DNA from: the human T2T-CHM13v2.0 reference genome, Homo sapiens
Direction: 5' to 3' (one strand)
DNA length: 64,000 nucleotides
Assembly: GCF_009914755.1 (NCBI RefSeq)
Contig: NC_060930.1
A program made the translations under genes and the position numbers. The notes under the pieces were generated by a model that searched no databases, was not told where the DNA came from, and was given only the letters and a program-made list of their open reading frames with translations. Positions 40,030 to 52,199 of the stretch are shown piece by piece. Each line of letters starts with the position of its first letter. The stretch's first letter is position 1.

Positions 40030-40617
40030 TCCCAAGCAGTGTGTGCCCAGGGCAACACTCAAGGCTGGGCTGGGGCAGGGGGAGGGTGAGAGGCAAGCGG
40101 TGTCTCAGCCATTCTCCAACAGGATGGCGACCATAAGTGGGGCGGTAAATGTGCTTATAACATCACTGTTGGTGGCCCCATGCTGTTAACGGAAAAGGTT
40201 TTCCAGGAAAGTGGCAAACCGTGAGAAGTAGTGAGGGATCCGAGAGGCCTAATAAAGCCCACACCGTGGAGAAAGTCTACAGTCACGGAGCATCACAAGT
40301 GCTGGCTGGACACGTGAACCCATGATGACACACAAGCTCTGACATCCTTGCTATGAAGGTAAATTCAGTCTTGAGGAAACATTTGGTGTTTCAAGTGCTT
40401 TATGTGAGGCAGAAATTCTTGAAAGATTATATTGGAGTTTCAGAGTTTTTGTGTATTTGTGTATTTTGTGGTTTTGTGCTTTTGAGTGGGTTGAGCTAGG
40501 AAAATGTAATTTTTTGCCATTTAAAATAAAGGCATGTGGGCTCCTGATATTCATAAACTTGCTATGCTCCATCTCTTCATGAGGATTAGATCTGGGTTAA
40601 GAAGGAGGCTTTGGACC

Positions 40618-40772
40618 TGGAATATGACACACCGGAACTACTGTATCATTCTGTAGTGGGCAGTGTGGGCAAGGATTCAGTAGAGGAAAAGAGACATGGA
40701 ATATGACACACCAGAACTACCGTATCATTCTGTAGTGGGCAGTGTGGGAAGGGATTCAGTAGAGGAAAAGAG
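40618..40772. repeat. 79-bp tandem duplication (2 copies)
   Basis: TGGAATATGACACACC...TCATTCTGTAGTGGGCAGTGTGGG...GAGGAAAAGAG at 40618 and 40697. Confidence 0.95.
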
Positions 40773-41139
40773 TTCTGCATTTTCTTTCTCAATGCACAGG
40801 GATAGAGGCATGTAACAGGAGAAAATACATGGGTAGGATGCATGACATACGAATTTTGTCAGTGTTGCCTCATCCTTCAAGTGTGCACCAGCCAAACACG
40901 CAAACCTTCCGACACTTCCTGAATGCCAAAATCATCACATCAGAGCCAAGCCAAATGAGGCAGAAACCACCATGCTAAGTGATGAATGCTTCTCTTATTA
41001 AGGATTAGTTAATAATGACCATGCTGTAAATTACTGTATCATATGTCCAAAGACATCCCCAGTGGACTGGTGAGTAAGTTTCAGTAACTTGTATGAGTAA
41101 AAACGATAAGCAGGGCCTCCTAAACTCTCCCCTATCCAG

Positions 41140-41360
41140 AATCCGAATTGAGTAATATGGTCTGGCCTTAGAGTTTCACTGTCACCTTTGTTGAATGAAA
41201 GAAAAATCAGCTTTTGTGTTTTTATGTCTGTGTTATTAAAAAAAAGTTTTAATAACATGTTATACCATATATTAGATGTACAGAAAAGTCTAGGCAACCT
41301 AAGGAAATAATAGAGATATATTACAAGAAAGTCAAGTTATCCCCAGACAAATATCAAGAG
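41140..41360 (+). repeat. Dispersed direct repeat, copy 2
   Basis: Collinear with 39011-39226. Confidence 0.92.
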
Positions 41361-43213
41361 GCCTCTTAAAATGTTACCAAAAAGAGAAAAATCTATGCCA
41401 CAACTAAAGATCCACATTTTTACAAGAACTCTCAGCACCTTTCTTCTAATGGCATTTGAGAAGAAACCAGGAAAACATACACATGTGAACTTACAAAGAT
41501 GCAAACCGCATGACCTTCCCTGACACTAGCACTATGACATCAAAATCAGCATGATTTAGACTGAGATGTGAGTCTAGTGGGCATCTCATACCACACACTG
41601 TCAGGACAGTACCAGACACAGCAGACACACCAGACCACACCTACTGCTCATAGGCCATGGAAAGAAGCCACCAATGAATAAGCTGGGCATGCATTTCTGG
41701 CCCTCTGTGTTCTGCAGGGGAAGGGTTCTATCACCAATGGGCCCAGTTCCTGGGATTCCAAGCACATATTTCAATGCGCTTACATGAAATACTGGTTTTT
41801 ATTTCAAAGAACAACTAGTCTTCATATTTCTTTTAAGGTCTTAACAAGTACCTTGCAATACAATAAATAATAACCAAACACAATGAAGGCAGACATGAAG
41901 ATAAATTATCATTCCAATGAGGCTTACAATTGTTTTCCTGACAGTGAATGTTCTCAAGCACAGTGCCAGAATGCAGCATAAAGAACAATGACACATTCCA
42001 TACATTTCGCTTAAGATATGTGATCAGAATTCAGAGGAGACCAGGGTCTTAATATGCTTAGGGGGCTTCTGAGGAAGGAAAATCACAAAACACACACCCA
42101 TTGTGACGGGAAATCACAGCAGAAAAAAGAGAAATGGGGTGGTCGCGAAACTCCAAGGCCCCGCTTGGTGGGAGGGGAGGGAGGGCAGGCACCAGCAGGT
42201 GGAGGGGGTGGCCTGGGCAGAGGATGCAGGTGCAACGTGACCAAGTGAACAGGAGGACTGGCTTCCTACCCCTGAATCTGCACCCCTCTTACAACACTCT
42301 TGCTTTTTCTTTTATTCTTCCCTAACGCTTCCCCAAGCATACACCAAAAGAAATGCTATCAATGGTCACTTATTCTCATGCAAGTGGCTCATTCCACGGT
42401 CCTTTTGGGGCGTATTTCTTAGCCCAACATGGTGTTTTTTTTTTTCCCTGAGACTAATCCCATTCACTCATATGTGCATTGGTAATCCACACCCCTACTA
42501 AATAAAGCAAGCTTTTTGCAAGTATTGATCAGAGAAAAGCGTTCAACTTATCCACCATTAAAACAAAAAACTCAGGGCTGTTTCCAGTAGCAAGAACAAT
42601 CATATAAACGACCTTCCTCCATGTTGGAGGTGTGTTTCCTGGGTGCACTTGTGCACACACACTCCCCCTGGAGCCCTACACACCTCATTCAGGAGACCCT
42701 GGAAGGCCAGCGGGCAGGAGCCCTGACCTGCAAATGTGTTGTCATCTCCACCCATTTCAAGACCTTCCCTCCATCCTTGGAGGATGAGACCCTGTGCCCA
42801 GCTCAAGGTCCCTGCTTTGTCCCCGATACCCTGAACACTTGGTCTTGCTCCTTCCTCCCCTCCACCATTCTTCAGCTTGTCCCCCTTCCCAGGCCTGCTC
42901 GTTCCCCGCCAATGGGTTCCCTCCCTCCTATAAAGAAGAAAATCTGTTGAGCATGGTTCATCGTTGACTGCTGCTCTGTGCCCCTACTGCCACCCCCTCC
43001 CCATTGCTGAGCCCACTCTGGGAGTCACCCTCGACTCTCTCATCTGCTTGACTCTGTGGGGGGAGTCCTGGGTCAGTGCTTACCTGTGACAGTTTCTAGC
43101 AGGCAAGACGGCTGAAGGGGTATTAGGAACTAGGCTGCTTGACTCTTGCTTTCAAGTTGTAGTCACAGTTGACATGTACCCTGCCCCAAAGCCTTGGAAA
43201 AGTCTGTTTACAC

Positions 43214-43308
43214 CAGGAGTGTCCAATCTTTTGGCTTTCCTGGGCCACACTGGAAGAAGAAGAATTGGAAGAAGAAGAAGACGATGGGCTGCGGGTTGGA
43301 CAAGCCTG
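43214..43308 (+). mobile_element. Internally deleted MER30 (hAT-Charlie MITE), 95 bp
   Basis: Ends CAGGAGTGTCCAA and TTGGACAAGCCTG. Perfect 8-bp TSD GTTTACAC at 43206-43213 and 43309-43316. Confidence 0.9.
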
Positions 43309-43689
43309 GTTTACACAGAGATTTTTGAGAGGGAGGCTCTGGAGCAATCACAGAGAAGCAACTGGCTTTCATACCAAACAGCATGAGGGAGGAGAGAGTG
43401 GCCACCAGAAGCCAAGGTCATAAAAGTGAGGGCGTACTGAGCACGCATATGTCAGGCACTGTGCAAAGCATTTTGCAAACATTATGTCATTCAATCTTCA
43501 AAGCAGGCGGAGAGGGAGGCATTGCTGGCTCATGTTTAGAGATCTGGGGAGGGAGGAACACAGTCACCCGAAACTATAAGCCCTGGATATTTTCAGAGTC
43601 CTTAGAGAAGGAATTAGACTTCCTACAGGATACAGGACACGCAGCTTGAGGCAAATAGATTTCAAAGCAAAATCCACCATCTGAGAGGC

Positions 43690-44560
43690 ACACTCCAAGC
43701 AGCACCACTTACTCACTTTGCATCTCTAGGAGAGCTGCTTAGTCTCCTGGGCCTCTGTAAAATGGCGTGATCACAGTACCTACCTCGTGGAGTTAATGCA
43801 GAGATGGCATTAACCAGTGTTGGTGATCAGACACTACCTATTATTTATATTATTGTTAGTATCACCCATGTATACATACAAGTCTCTAAGTATGCATTTC
43901 TATGTGCATACATACATAGCACACGTAGAATCAATGAATGTAATGACCATCTCTGGCTCTCTGTTGAGAGAAACATGAAAATTTATAATCCCTGCCCTCA
44001 AGGAGTTCAGACTCTGGTGACAAAGGAATAAACTAAATAGGTAGACTGCCAAGCACAATAAAATTCATTCCCAAACTGGTCCTAAGCACCTACTAAGAGC
44101 CCGGCTGCTACTAAGCCTTGAGTATGTCAAAGTATGACCCTTTCTCTGCCTCAGGCTCAACCTGGCGGGAAAGACAAACCCGTTACCCATAACCTTCCAA
44201 CATTCCAAGAAACAGCCTCAGAAGAGGTTTATCCCAGGTGCTGGAAGTCTCCAGGTGGGACACACCAAGTTAATCCAAGATGCTGAGCTGGTGGATGGGA
44301 CAGCATGGCCACGATGGGGGCTGGGGGCTTTGCAGACGAGGTGTCTTAGTTGAGCCCTGAAGGCTACTTGGACTTCCAGAAGTTGGGGGTGCAGGGGGCC
44401 TGGGATGTGTGGGCAGGATGACTGGGGCAGAAGCAGGGGTACAAGAACAGGCGCCCCGGCGGGACAGACTGAGAAGGCGGCCGAGCCAGACCGAGGAACA
44501 GCGCAAAAGGTAACATCCAAGTCACAACAGGAGTCCAGAGGGTCCTGAGTGTGGGAAACA
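43690..44560. mobile_element. MIR and L2 remnants
   Basis: CTGTAAAATGGCGTGATCACAGTACCTACCTC (MIR); CCCTGCCCTCAAGGAGTTC and TAAGCACCTACT (L2). Confidence 0.5.
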
Positions 44561-47500
44561 CAAGCTCTTCTAGCTTTTAGTCCTTGGAGTCCCTTCCAGT
44601 GTGTGGAAGAGATCCAGCCTGCAATGACTGGAGGGTGGGAGTGGACGAAGTTTATTCTGGAGACAACAAGGGGTCCTGGTGGCTTTTCCGGGGTAGTGGA
44701 GACACCGCCACGTCTGTGTCTCTGGAGAAGGAAGATGGAGAAGGCATCCTCCGGTGGGATGGGGTGGAGCTGGGAGAGGCCCCAGCGGGAAGCACTCGGA
44801 GGAGCGGGGGCCAACCCGGAATCAGCCTCTGTTCCTTCTTTTCCGCAGCTCACCTGTTCCCGGCTTTTCCTCCCAGTCTCCTGGGCTCGCCGCCAGCGGT
44901 GGGATCCCTCTTCCTGCACAGAACCGCCTCTTCCTTCCTCCTGGTGACAGATGCCCCCTGCCACCCCCAGGGGCTGCGGCTCCCCCAGATGCCCAGCCTC
45001 AGCCTCCTGAGTGCTGTGCCTGCCCCCACTCCATCTGAGCGGCTGACCAGTCACCAGACTCACCCCCACCCGCCCTCTCCCCTCCACACAGGGTAGCCCC
45101 CAACTCCAGCCAGAGGGAGCCAAGACCTCCCACCCCAGGCAGATCTTGTGGGCAAGGTATCTGCTTAAAGACATTGATGGATTTTATGAAGAAAATATTT
45201 AAGCCAATTTAAATATTTCAGCAATTGATAAGTAACTCAGCTTTTATGGGCTGGACCTTTAGGGTATTGTTTGTAAGATGTATATGATTTTCATATCTAT
45301 ATCAGTGCTTATAATATTGTTTGCATGAAAAAAAAGTTTCTCATGTTTGCCATCCATTTACAAATGAGCTTTACCTATTTGTAAATTACGGGCTTTCAAC
45401 ACGCAGCTGGACGTGGCAGGAAAGAGGAGACGATTACTCCGTGTCTCAGCATGAAGAAATGGCAGATGTCAGATGTCAGCGCTGCCAATGTTTCAGCACT
45501 GCGGTTCCTTGCTCACTGAGTAGGAACAGTTTGCAGAAATACTGGACAACCTGCTGTGGATAATAAACTATGTCCCAGGCTCTGTGTTTCCTCAGGAATA
45601 TATTTACTTAGAGAAGCGGCCTATTAACATTTCCCGGGAAAATGCAAAATCCATTTTGTGAAGCAGTGAGGCTGAGTTTTCATAGTTCTTTCCTCCTCCA
45701 GGTGTCTTCACTCCAAGCTTGTCACCCGCATCATTCGATCAAGAGTGCCCAGAACATCGCATGTGTCAAATCCTTACCGTTTCTGCCTAATTGGCAGTTA
45801 CAGCCTCGGCCCACCTGTTTCCAGGGTTCCCAGTGTCAGTCGGACACTGGAGGGGCCTCCCTCTCCCCACCAGTCTCTGGGGCAGATTCCCCCTCAGCCT
45901 AAACATTCTGCACTGCAGAGGGCCTGCCACTCACAAGCAGCTTCTGTGCCGCTCTTCCAAATTACCCTGAAGACATTCCCTGTCCGCCCCATGCCTCCCC
46001 TTTATTCTCTTTCTCATCTCCAATGTTAAAGAGTTTCTGAAGCAAATGACAATGACAGTTGACAGATTTCAGTCTGAATTTCCCTTTTCTAGGGCCCTCT
46101 TCTAGGCATCTATCTTGCACTTGCTCTTTAATGTGAAGCTTTTTGACTATTTCTGTTGTAGGAGCTCTCATTCAGACGCTGTAAAAACAGCTGTTTTCCA
46201 AATACACAAATAACGCAGTCTAGAAAAACTGGGAACTTTCTATGGGGGAAAGTCCTTGCTCATCCTCCCGAGCCACGGATCAAGGTCGAGGGCTGCAGCG
46301 TGTCCCTGCGGCAGCATCACCTTTCTGAGAGTCCTCAGGAAGCATCCTCAGTGGCCAGATCCCATTTCAAGGGCCCTGTGCTTCAGGGAGCGGGCAGGAG
46401 CTTTAGGACATGTGATCCCTTATATGTCTGAGCCGTCATCTGTGGGCCATGAATGTGTTTTTAAAATGGTCATTTTAATTACCCTTATGAGGTGTTCACG
46501 TGGTTCCCCATTCAGAGTCTACAGCCAGGAGGGAATAAGGCAGACACCAAGAGCCACTTGGCGAAGTGGAGATGGCTGGGCTGAAAGTCACTCCTGCATC
46601 TTCCTGTTGAGTCTGGCTTGAAATTCCTGGGAGAAAAGAGCAGGCTGGGGCCAGTGCTCGGCCTCTGCTATGCAACCAGAGGCTCTCCAACTTTTCCCCA
46701 TCCCAAGTGATTTAAGTCACCGCCAATTCCAAACCATTAAACTCACACTGGAGAGAGGCCTGTTGTTTAAGCTGAGATGGTGCTGACAGCGAGGCGGTGG
46801 GGGCTGGCTTTAACGAAGCCCTGAGCTTGTTCTTCTGCGGTGTGCTTCAGCCATTTCTCCAGCTTCCCTCGGGACTGACTGAGCTCATCAGACCCCGGGA
46901 TCCAAAGCCTGTGCTGGGATGCAGGGGTCCGCCCTCCCTGGCACCTGGCTGCAGGCTTTGCTGGTGTGGCTGGCCTGGGCCCTGGCTGCCTCTGCCTACA
47001 GTGCCATCCACGCTAGGGAACAGCTGTCCCCACAAGAACCATGTGGTCCATGTCCGGGCAGTGACCGCCTCACTTGCAGCCAACCCCACACTCTTCAGTG
47101 GTGCCGAGGTCCTGTGGCAGACTCAGCCAATCCCAGTGTGGACTTGACTCGGTCTTGGACACCGGGGGCCAGTGAGCTAGCTGTCGGGCCAGTGGGGCTC
47201 AGCCTGATACTGGACAGAGCCTGGACCTGGGGCCTGTGGCTGGGGAGGGGTGCTCCTGTGTGGGCCAACAGGACGGCCGATGGCCTGGAAGACAGTGTGA
47301 CCGAGCTATCAGCTAGCACTCGGGACTCCACATGGATGCAGAGGTCACCGCTGGCCATTTCAGGAGACACTACGCCTAGGAGCTACTGCAGCCAGCACTG
47401 CCAGGCAGCGACATCACAGGAGGACATTTCTAACAAAACAAAAAGCATCTTCCCATCTTCGTGGACAACTGCCATGTGGTTCTGATAACCACTTTTCAGG

Positions 47501-48685
47501 AGAAGAGACACATGAAACTTGGGATAGAAATAAAGAATGGGAAGAGTGTCATGGAAACCTAGATGAAAATGTAGGAATTAATCTTCAAAGTTCAGTGTGA
47601 GGTGTGTGACAGCAGGGAACATCCTAGGGTGTACAGAAAGGGAACAGACCTACTCCCGGGCTCCTGGGACGTGATGGCCTTGGCTGGGCGCAGGCTGCTA
47701 CTGCAGGGGAGGCCATGTTCCTCTTCATGATTGTACCACATGGGGAAGAGCCTACATCGGTGTCCTTGCCAGAATATGCCAGAACATGCCTGGAAATCCC
47801 AGGCTGCTCCTTGGCATCTCCAAAGGGCCCCTTCACAGGCGTAGGCAGTGTATCAGGCAGGGACACCTGAGCCCTGCCAGCCATGTCTGAATGAGGGATG
47901 GATGGCTACCACCTCAGTCACCTCAATAACCTCACTGTTGGTGCCACAGGTCTGCCCATCCACCACATCACCAGAGGTTCTGTCTCCAGATGATTCTGAA
48001 GCACCAGGCTCAGGCTTCCAGGCAGCAGAGCTCTGCACAGGTGCAGGGGGTGGCCCTCTCCCAAGCTCCATGCGATGCTATGGTCCCTGGAAGTCCATGC
48101 TGGGTCTGCGGAGCCTGTCTTGCACAGGCCCATGGGTCTCTCACACCTCCCCACCCTTGCCTGGAATCTCCCCAAGCCTCTTAAGGGAAGCAATTCTGTC
48201 CACTCCTGGCCCTGAGGTCTCTCAGCCAGGAGCTACCCTTGCTAGAGGGGCGGGGATGAGCTCTGAGCCAGTCCCTGACAGCCCCACTCCTGCACCTGAC
48301 AGGCTCAGGGAAGCTGGGTGATTGGCTGGAGATCACACAGCCCACGCAAAGCTGAAGGTCTCATCTCCCACACTGTTCTGTGCCTGTGGCAGGATCACAG
48401 AAAGCAGAGCTGGCAACAGGGATTTTCCCTCGGACACAGTGACTTCCATAAACCCTACATTACATCGTCGCAGGTGCAAATGTGAACTAAAGGAGCTTCT
48501 TAGCCCAAAGAGTTGCAAATACGCTGAAAACAGCTTCCAGAATGGGTCACATGAATTAATGGCAAAAAACAATCCATGATGAGCCACTGAGGTAACCCAG
48601 GAAGACATCACAAACACAGAGGCCTTCGCTGCCCTTCCGCAGAACACCCTGCTTGCTACCCACAAAAGCACCCTTTAATCGGCCA

Positions 48686-48934
48686 TGAGTCACATCCATG
48701 GTGGCAAATCGGATGTTCTTTCCTAAGTGGGATTTGAGAAATCCAAATCCTTGACATGTGCTTGGCCGTGAGCCTGCAGCCCTGCCTGTCCTCCCATGCA
48801 GACCACATACTTCGACTCAACCTTGTGATTCACTTTCCACACATCCCTACACACCCATGGTTAATAGGGAGACAGTAACCCAGAGGTTCACGTGAGTCAC
48901 TAAAAAACCAGAAGGAAAAATGAGTGGCCACGTG
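48686..48934. promoter_or_regulatory. Candidate intronic enhancer: two AP-1 and two CACGTG motifs
   Basis: TGAGTCA 48686, overlapping TCACGTGAGTCA 48888-48899, CACGTG 48929. Motif evidence only. Confidence 0.35.
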
Positions 48935-49828
48935 AGAGCAGCTGTCAGGGAGGAGCAAACACCCAAAGTTTTGATTAATTTCCCAGGGATCTAATTTAAC
49001 ATAAGAAGTAGACATGGACAGATTAACTATGGGCACATGACAACACATCACGGTACCAGGTTTCTAAGAAAAATGTTTGCCCAGGGGACTAGCTTAAAAC
49101 AGAGAGTAGTAAATCGGCAGCGGACTGGTTTGCTTATAGCCCAATGTGCATTTCACTGTATCACTGAACTGAGCTGGGGTTTCGAACAGAGCTGGGATTG
49201 AGATAAATCACAGCACATGCTCGGCCCTCAGTCTAAACTGGAAAACCTGTTCGGAGGAAACCCATGCCCTTCCCATGGAACGAGCTGAATTACCTAGACC
49301 AGCAGGAGACAAGAGGTTCCATCTCTCCCCAGCGATCCGTGCTAAGCTTACGTTTCCCAAGGGCCTGTCAGAAAAATGGATTAGAGAAACCTATTTCCCT
49401 CTGAATCTAAAAGCCAGCTCACCTGGGGAAAGAGCACACCACCAAAGTCCAAGGGCACGCCAGTGCAGCCTCTGCGCCTGGCAGCTCCTCCTCCTGGGAA
49501 ACATCCTGTCTCAGGTCTAGGATGGAAGAGGAAATACCTCCACCGCCAGCCCCAGAATCGGCCCTTGGACATCCTGCTCTCGTAACCAAGAGAAAAGGGG
49601 ACACTGGATGCCCACCGCAGGCCTCAGCTTTCTTGGGGTGACAGGAATGTTTAAGAATTTCATGAAATCTTGGCATTTTCTTCCTGGAAAAACACACACA
49701 TGCACATCCACATAAAATCTGTCACAGACTGTCTGGAATTCCTGAGACCCATCCACAGAAGCCATGTTAAGAAAGCCTGTTCTCAGAGGACTGCATTAAA
49801 AGAAAATTGAATCCAAAATCTATTACTT

Positions 49829-50143
49829 GGCCAGGCGCGGTGACTCACGCCTATTATCCCAGCACTTTGGGAGGCTTAGGCAGGTGGATCACCTGAGATC
49901 AGGAATTCGAGACCAGCCTGGCCAACATGGCAAAACTCTGTCTCTACTAAAGATACAAAAAAAATTAGCCGGTCGTGGTGGCAGGCACCTGTAGTCCCAG
50001 CTACTCAGGAGGCTTGAGGCAGGAGAATTGCTTGAACCTGGGAGGCAGAGGTTGCGGAGAGCCGAGATTGCGCCATCGCACTCTAAGCCTGCACAACAAG
50101 AGCAAAACTCCATCTCAGAAAAAAAAAAAAAAAAAAAAAAAAA
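49829..50143 (+). mobile_element. AluS (Sq/Sx-like)
   Basis: GGATCACCTGAGATCAGG...CAACAAGAGCAAAACTCC plus A tail. Confidence 0.92.
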
Positions 50144-52199
50144 GCAAAATTTTTTACTGGCTACCATGTTTTGGGGCTGAAACACATAAGACTTCGGAGA
50201 CCCCACTAACCAGGCAGAGCCCTGCCCTGGAGGTGACTGTGCTTGTCCCTGCATAGCTAGTGACCAGCACAGGCCCAAAGCCATCTCTGAATGTATGTGG
50301 CATAATTACTGAAACTAGAAAACAAACATGCAAATCACAAGTGCGTTTTGTGCAAATAATGTGATATTTTAAATCAGAAAATCTGGGTATCAATCTAGAC
50401 TCTGCTTCTTCCTGATTTCATGATTTTGAACAAGTACTTTTTTTTCCTCTTTTACCAAATACTGTAGTTGAAAGTGTATTAAAAATTAAGCTTACATTAG
50501 TAAACGTATACAAAAGATTATATTCTGGATTTAATAACAAAGAAGGGTATTGGGAAAAAAACAAGTCTGTAAGTAAAAAAATGCAAGTTTACTCTAAGTT
50601 AATGGGTACAGACACAAGCATGTCCCGTATAATTATTCCCTTTCCATTGGATTCCTCCCCAAGGACTGGCACAATCTTCAACCCACAGGGGCTGAGACCC
50701 CGCAGGGGCCTTGAGACTGGCCCTGGTTTGGCCCATTCTGCTCCTCCCGTCTTCCATGGCGGGTTTTCTTCTGAGCGACCTCTCCACAGGGAGGCACCGA
50801 GGGCTGGGCGTCACGTGAGGTTAGCGCTGTTCCTGCCCTGGCCGCTTTCCAAGTGATGTTTACTCCCATTTCATTCGGCTCCCTTGCAGCATCTCAGATG
50901 TTTGCATGGTATGTGTCTCTTTCTGTAGAAGAACCTTCTGGGTGGTTTGGGAAAGGCCCTGGCCTGTCATCGGATGCCTCTGCCCTCGCTGGGTCCCTGC
51001 TGGGGCCGCCCTGGAAATCTCCAGGCCAGGCATTCTCACCACCCTCTTGCCTTCTCCCTGGACCTGCTCTCATGAGGGGTCTTTCTGGTCACTCCCAGGA
51101 CTCCTCTATGGGCAGGGGCCACATCGTAGGCTGCTGCACGGACCACAGACAAGGTCACCTTGGGAGCTGTGGACTTCTGTGTCCTTGTGATCCCTCTGGG
51201 AACTATACTTACTCTGCACGGTGATTCGGGACAGCAAGGATGGCAGAACACTTCTCAAAGGACACCCCCCTCGGGAATAGGACATCTCCCTGTACTGACT
51301 TGGTGCCGATTCCTTGCAAAGCGTCTTCCCCTCGTCCTTCAGGACTGCTGGCCAGCACTGAAACTTACATCCCAATTCTACAGTCCCAGGAGAAAAGCCT
51401 CGCTCTGTACTTTCAACCCCTGCCATTGCGCTGAGGATCACAAGATTCACAGAAGAGATGTCTTATTTTCACTTTGCAGGTCTTAAAACTCTGAACTAAA
51501 GTACTGTCTAGACAATTATCACTTGAAAGAAAGTTCAGCAAGTCACACATATAAATCCAAGGGAGAGGCTGTCCAGTATGAGGGTGACAAAGGGACACGT
51601 TCCCACAAAAGAAGCCTACTGAGTACCTGTCACCTCTTGCAGCAACCCCAAGGGTGTAACAGCAACTACGTGGTCTCAGACCCAGGAGCTTCCTGCCATA
51701 GCTCCAGACCCTCGGGGAGCAGCACTGAAAAATGGCAGCACCCCGGTATGGAGAAACATGGGCAGTCACCGCCTCCTCAAAGAGAGGCACAAGATGGGTC
51801 AGCAATGGGCCCTGGCTCCCCTTCCACTGTCCTGCATGCCCCGAAGCTGTTTCTGACAGCTGCACCCACTCCCCACAGTCAGATGTTAGGGTCACCAATG
51901 ACAACGCATTGATTTCTGTTTCATGTGTTTCACCTGCAAAAACAAAAACCCTTAAACTTAGGATATACGAAATTGCCACCAATACTTAAAACTCTTGGAC
52001 ATTTCAGCAAATGAAGTAAGCACAGAAATAGAAATAAGAACTACAAATATAGCTCTAAGGCAGTATGCTTGTATATTCAGCATAAACCAAAATAAATACA
52101 GCAGATCTAATAATACAGGGTTTAGATACAAAAAGAAATACACACATAAATTCCATGCTTATAAATCAAAATTAGCATGACAGTGAGTGCCACAGGGAA

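Noticed and set aside
38986-41297. Two similar small ORFs (KTQKLIFLSF...ETLRPDHITQ) as a paralogous peptide family
   Set aside because: Similarity is explained by the DNA duplication. Starts differ and indels shift the frame.
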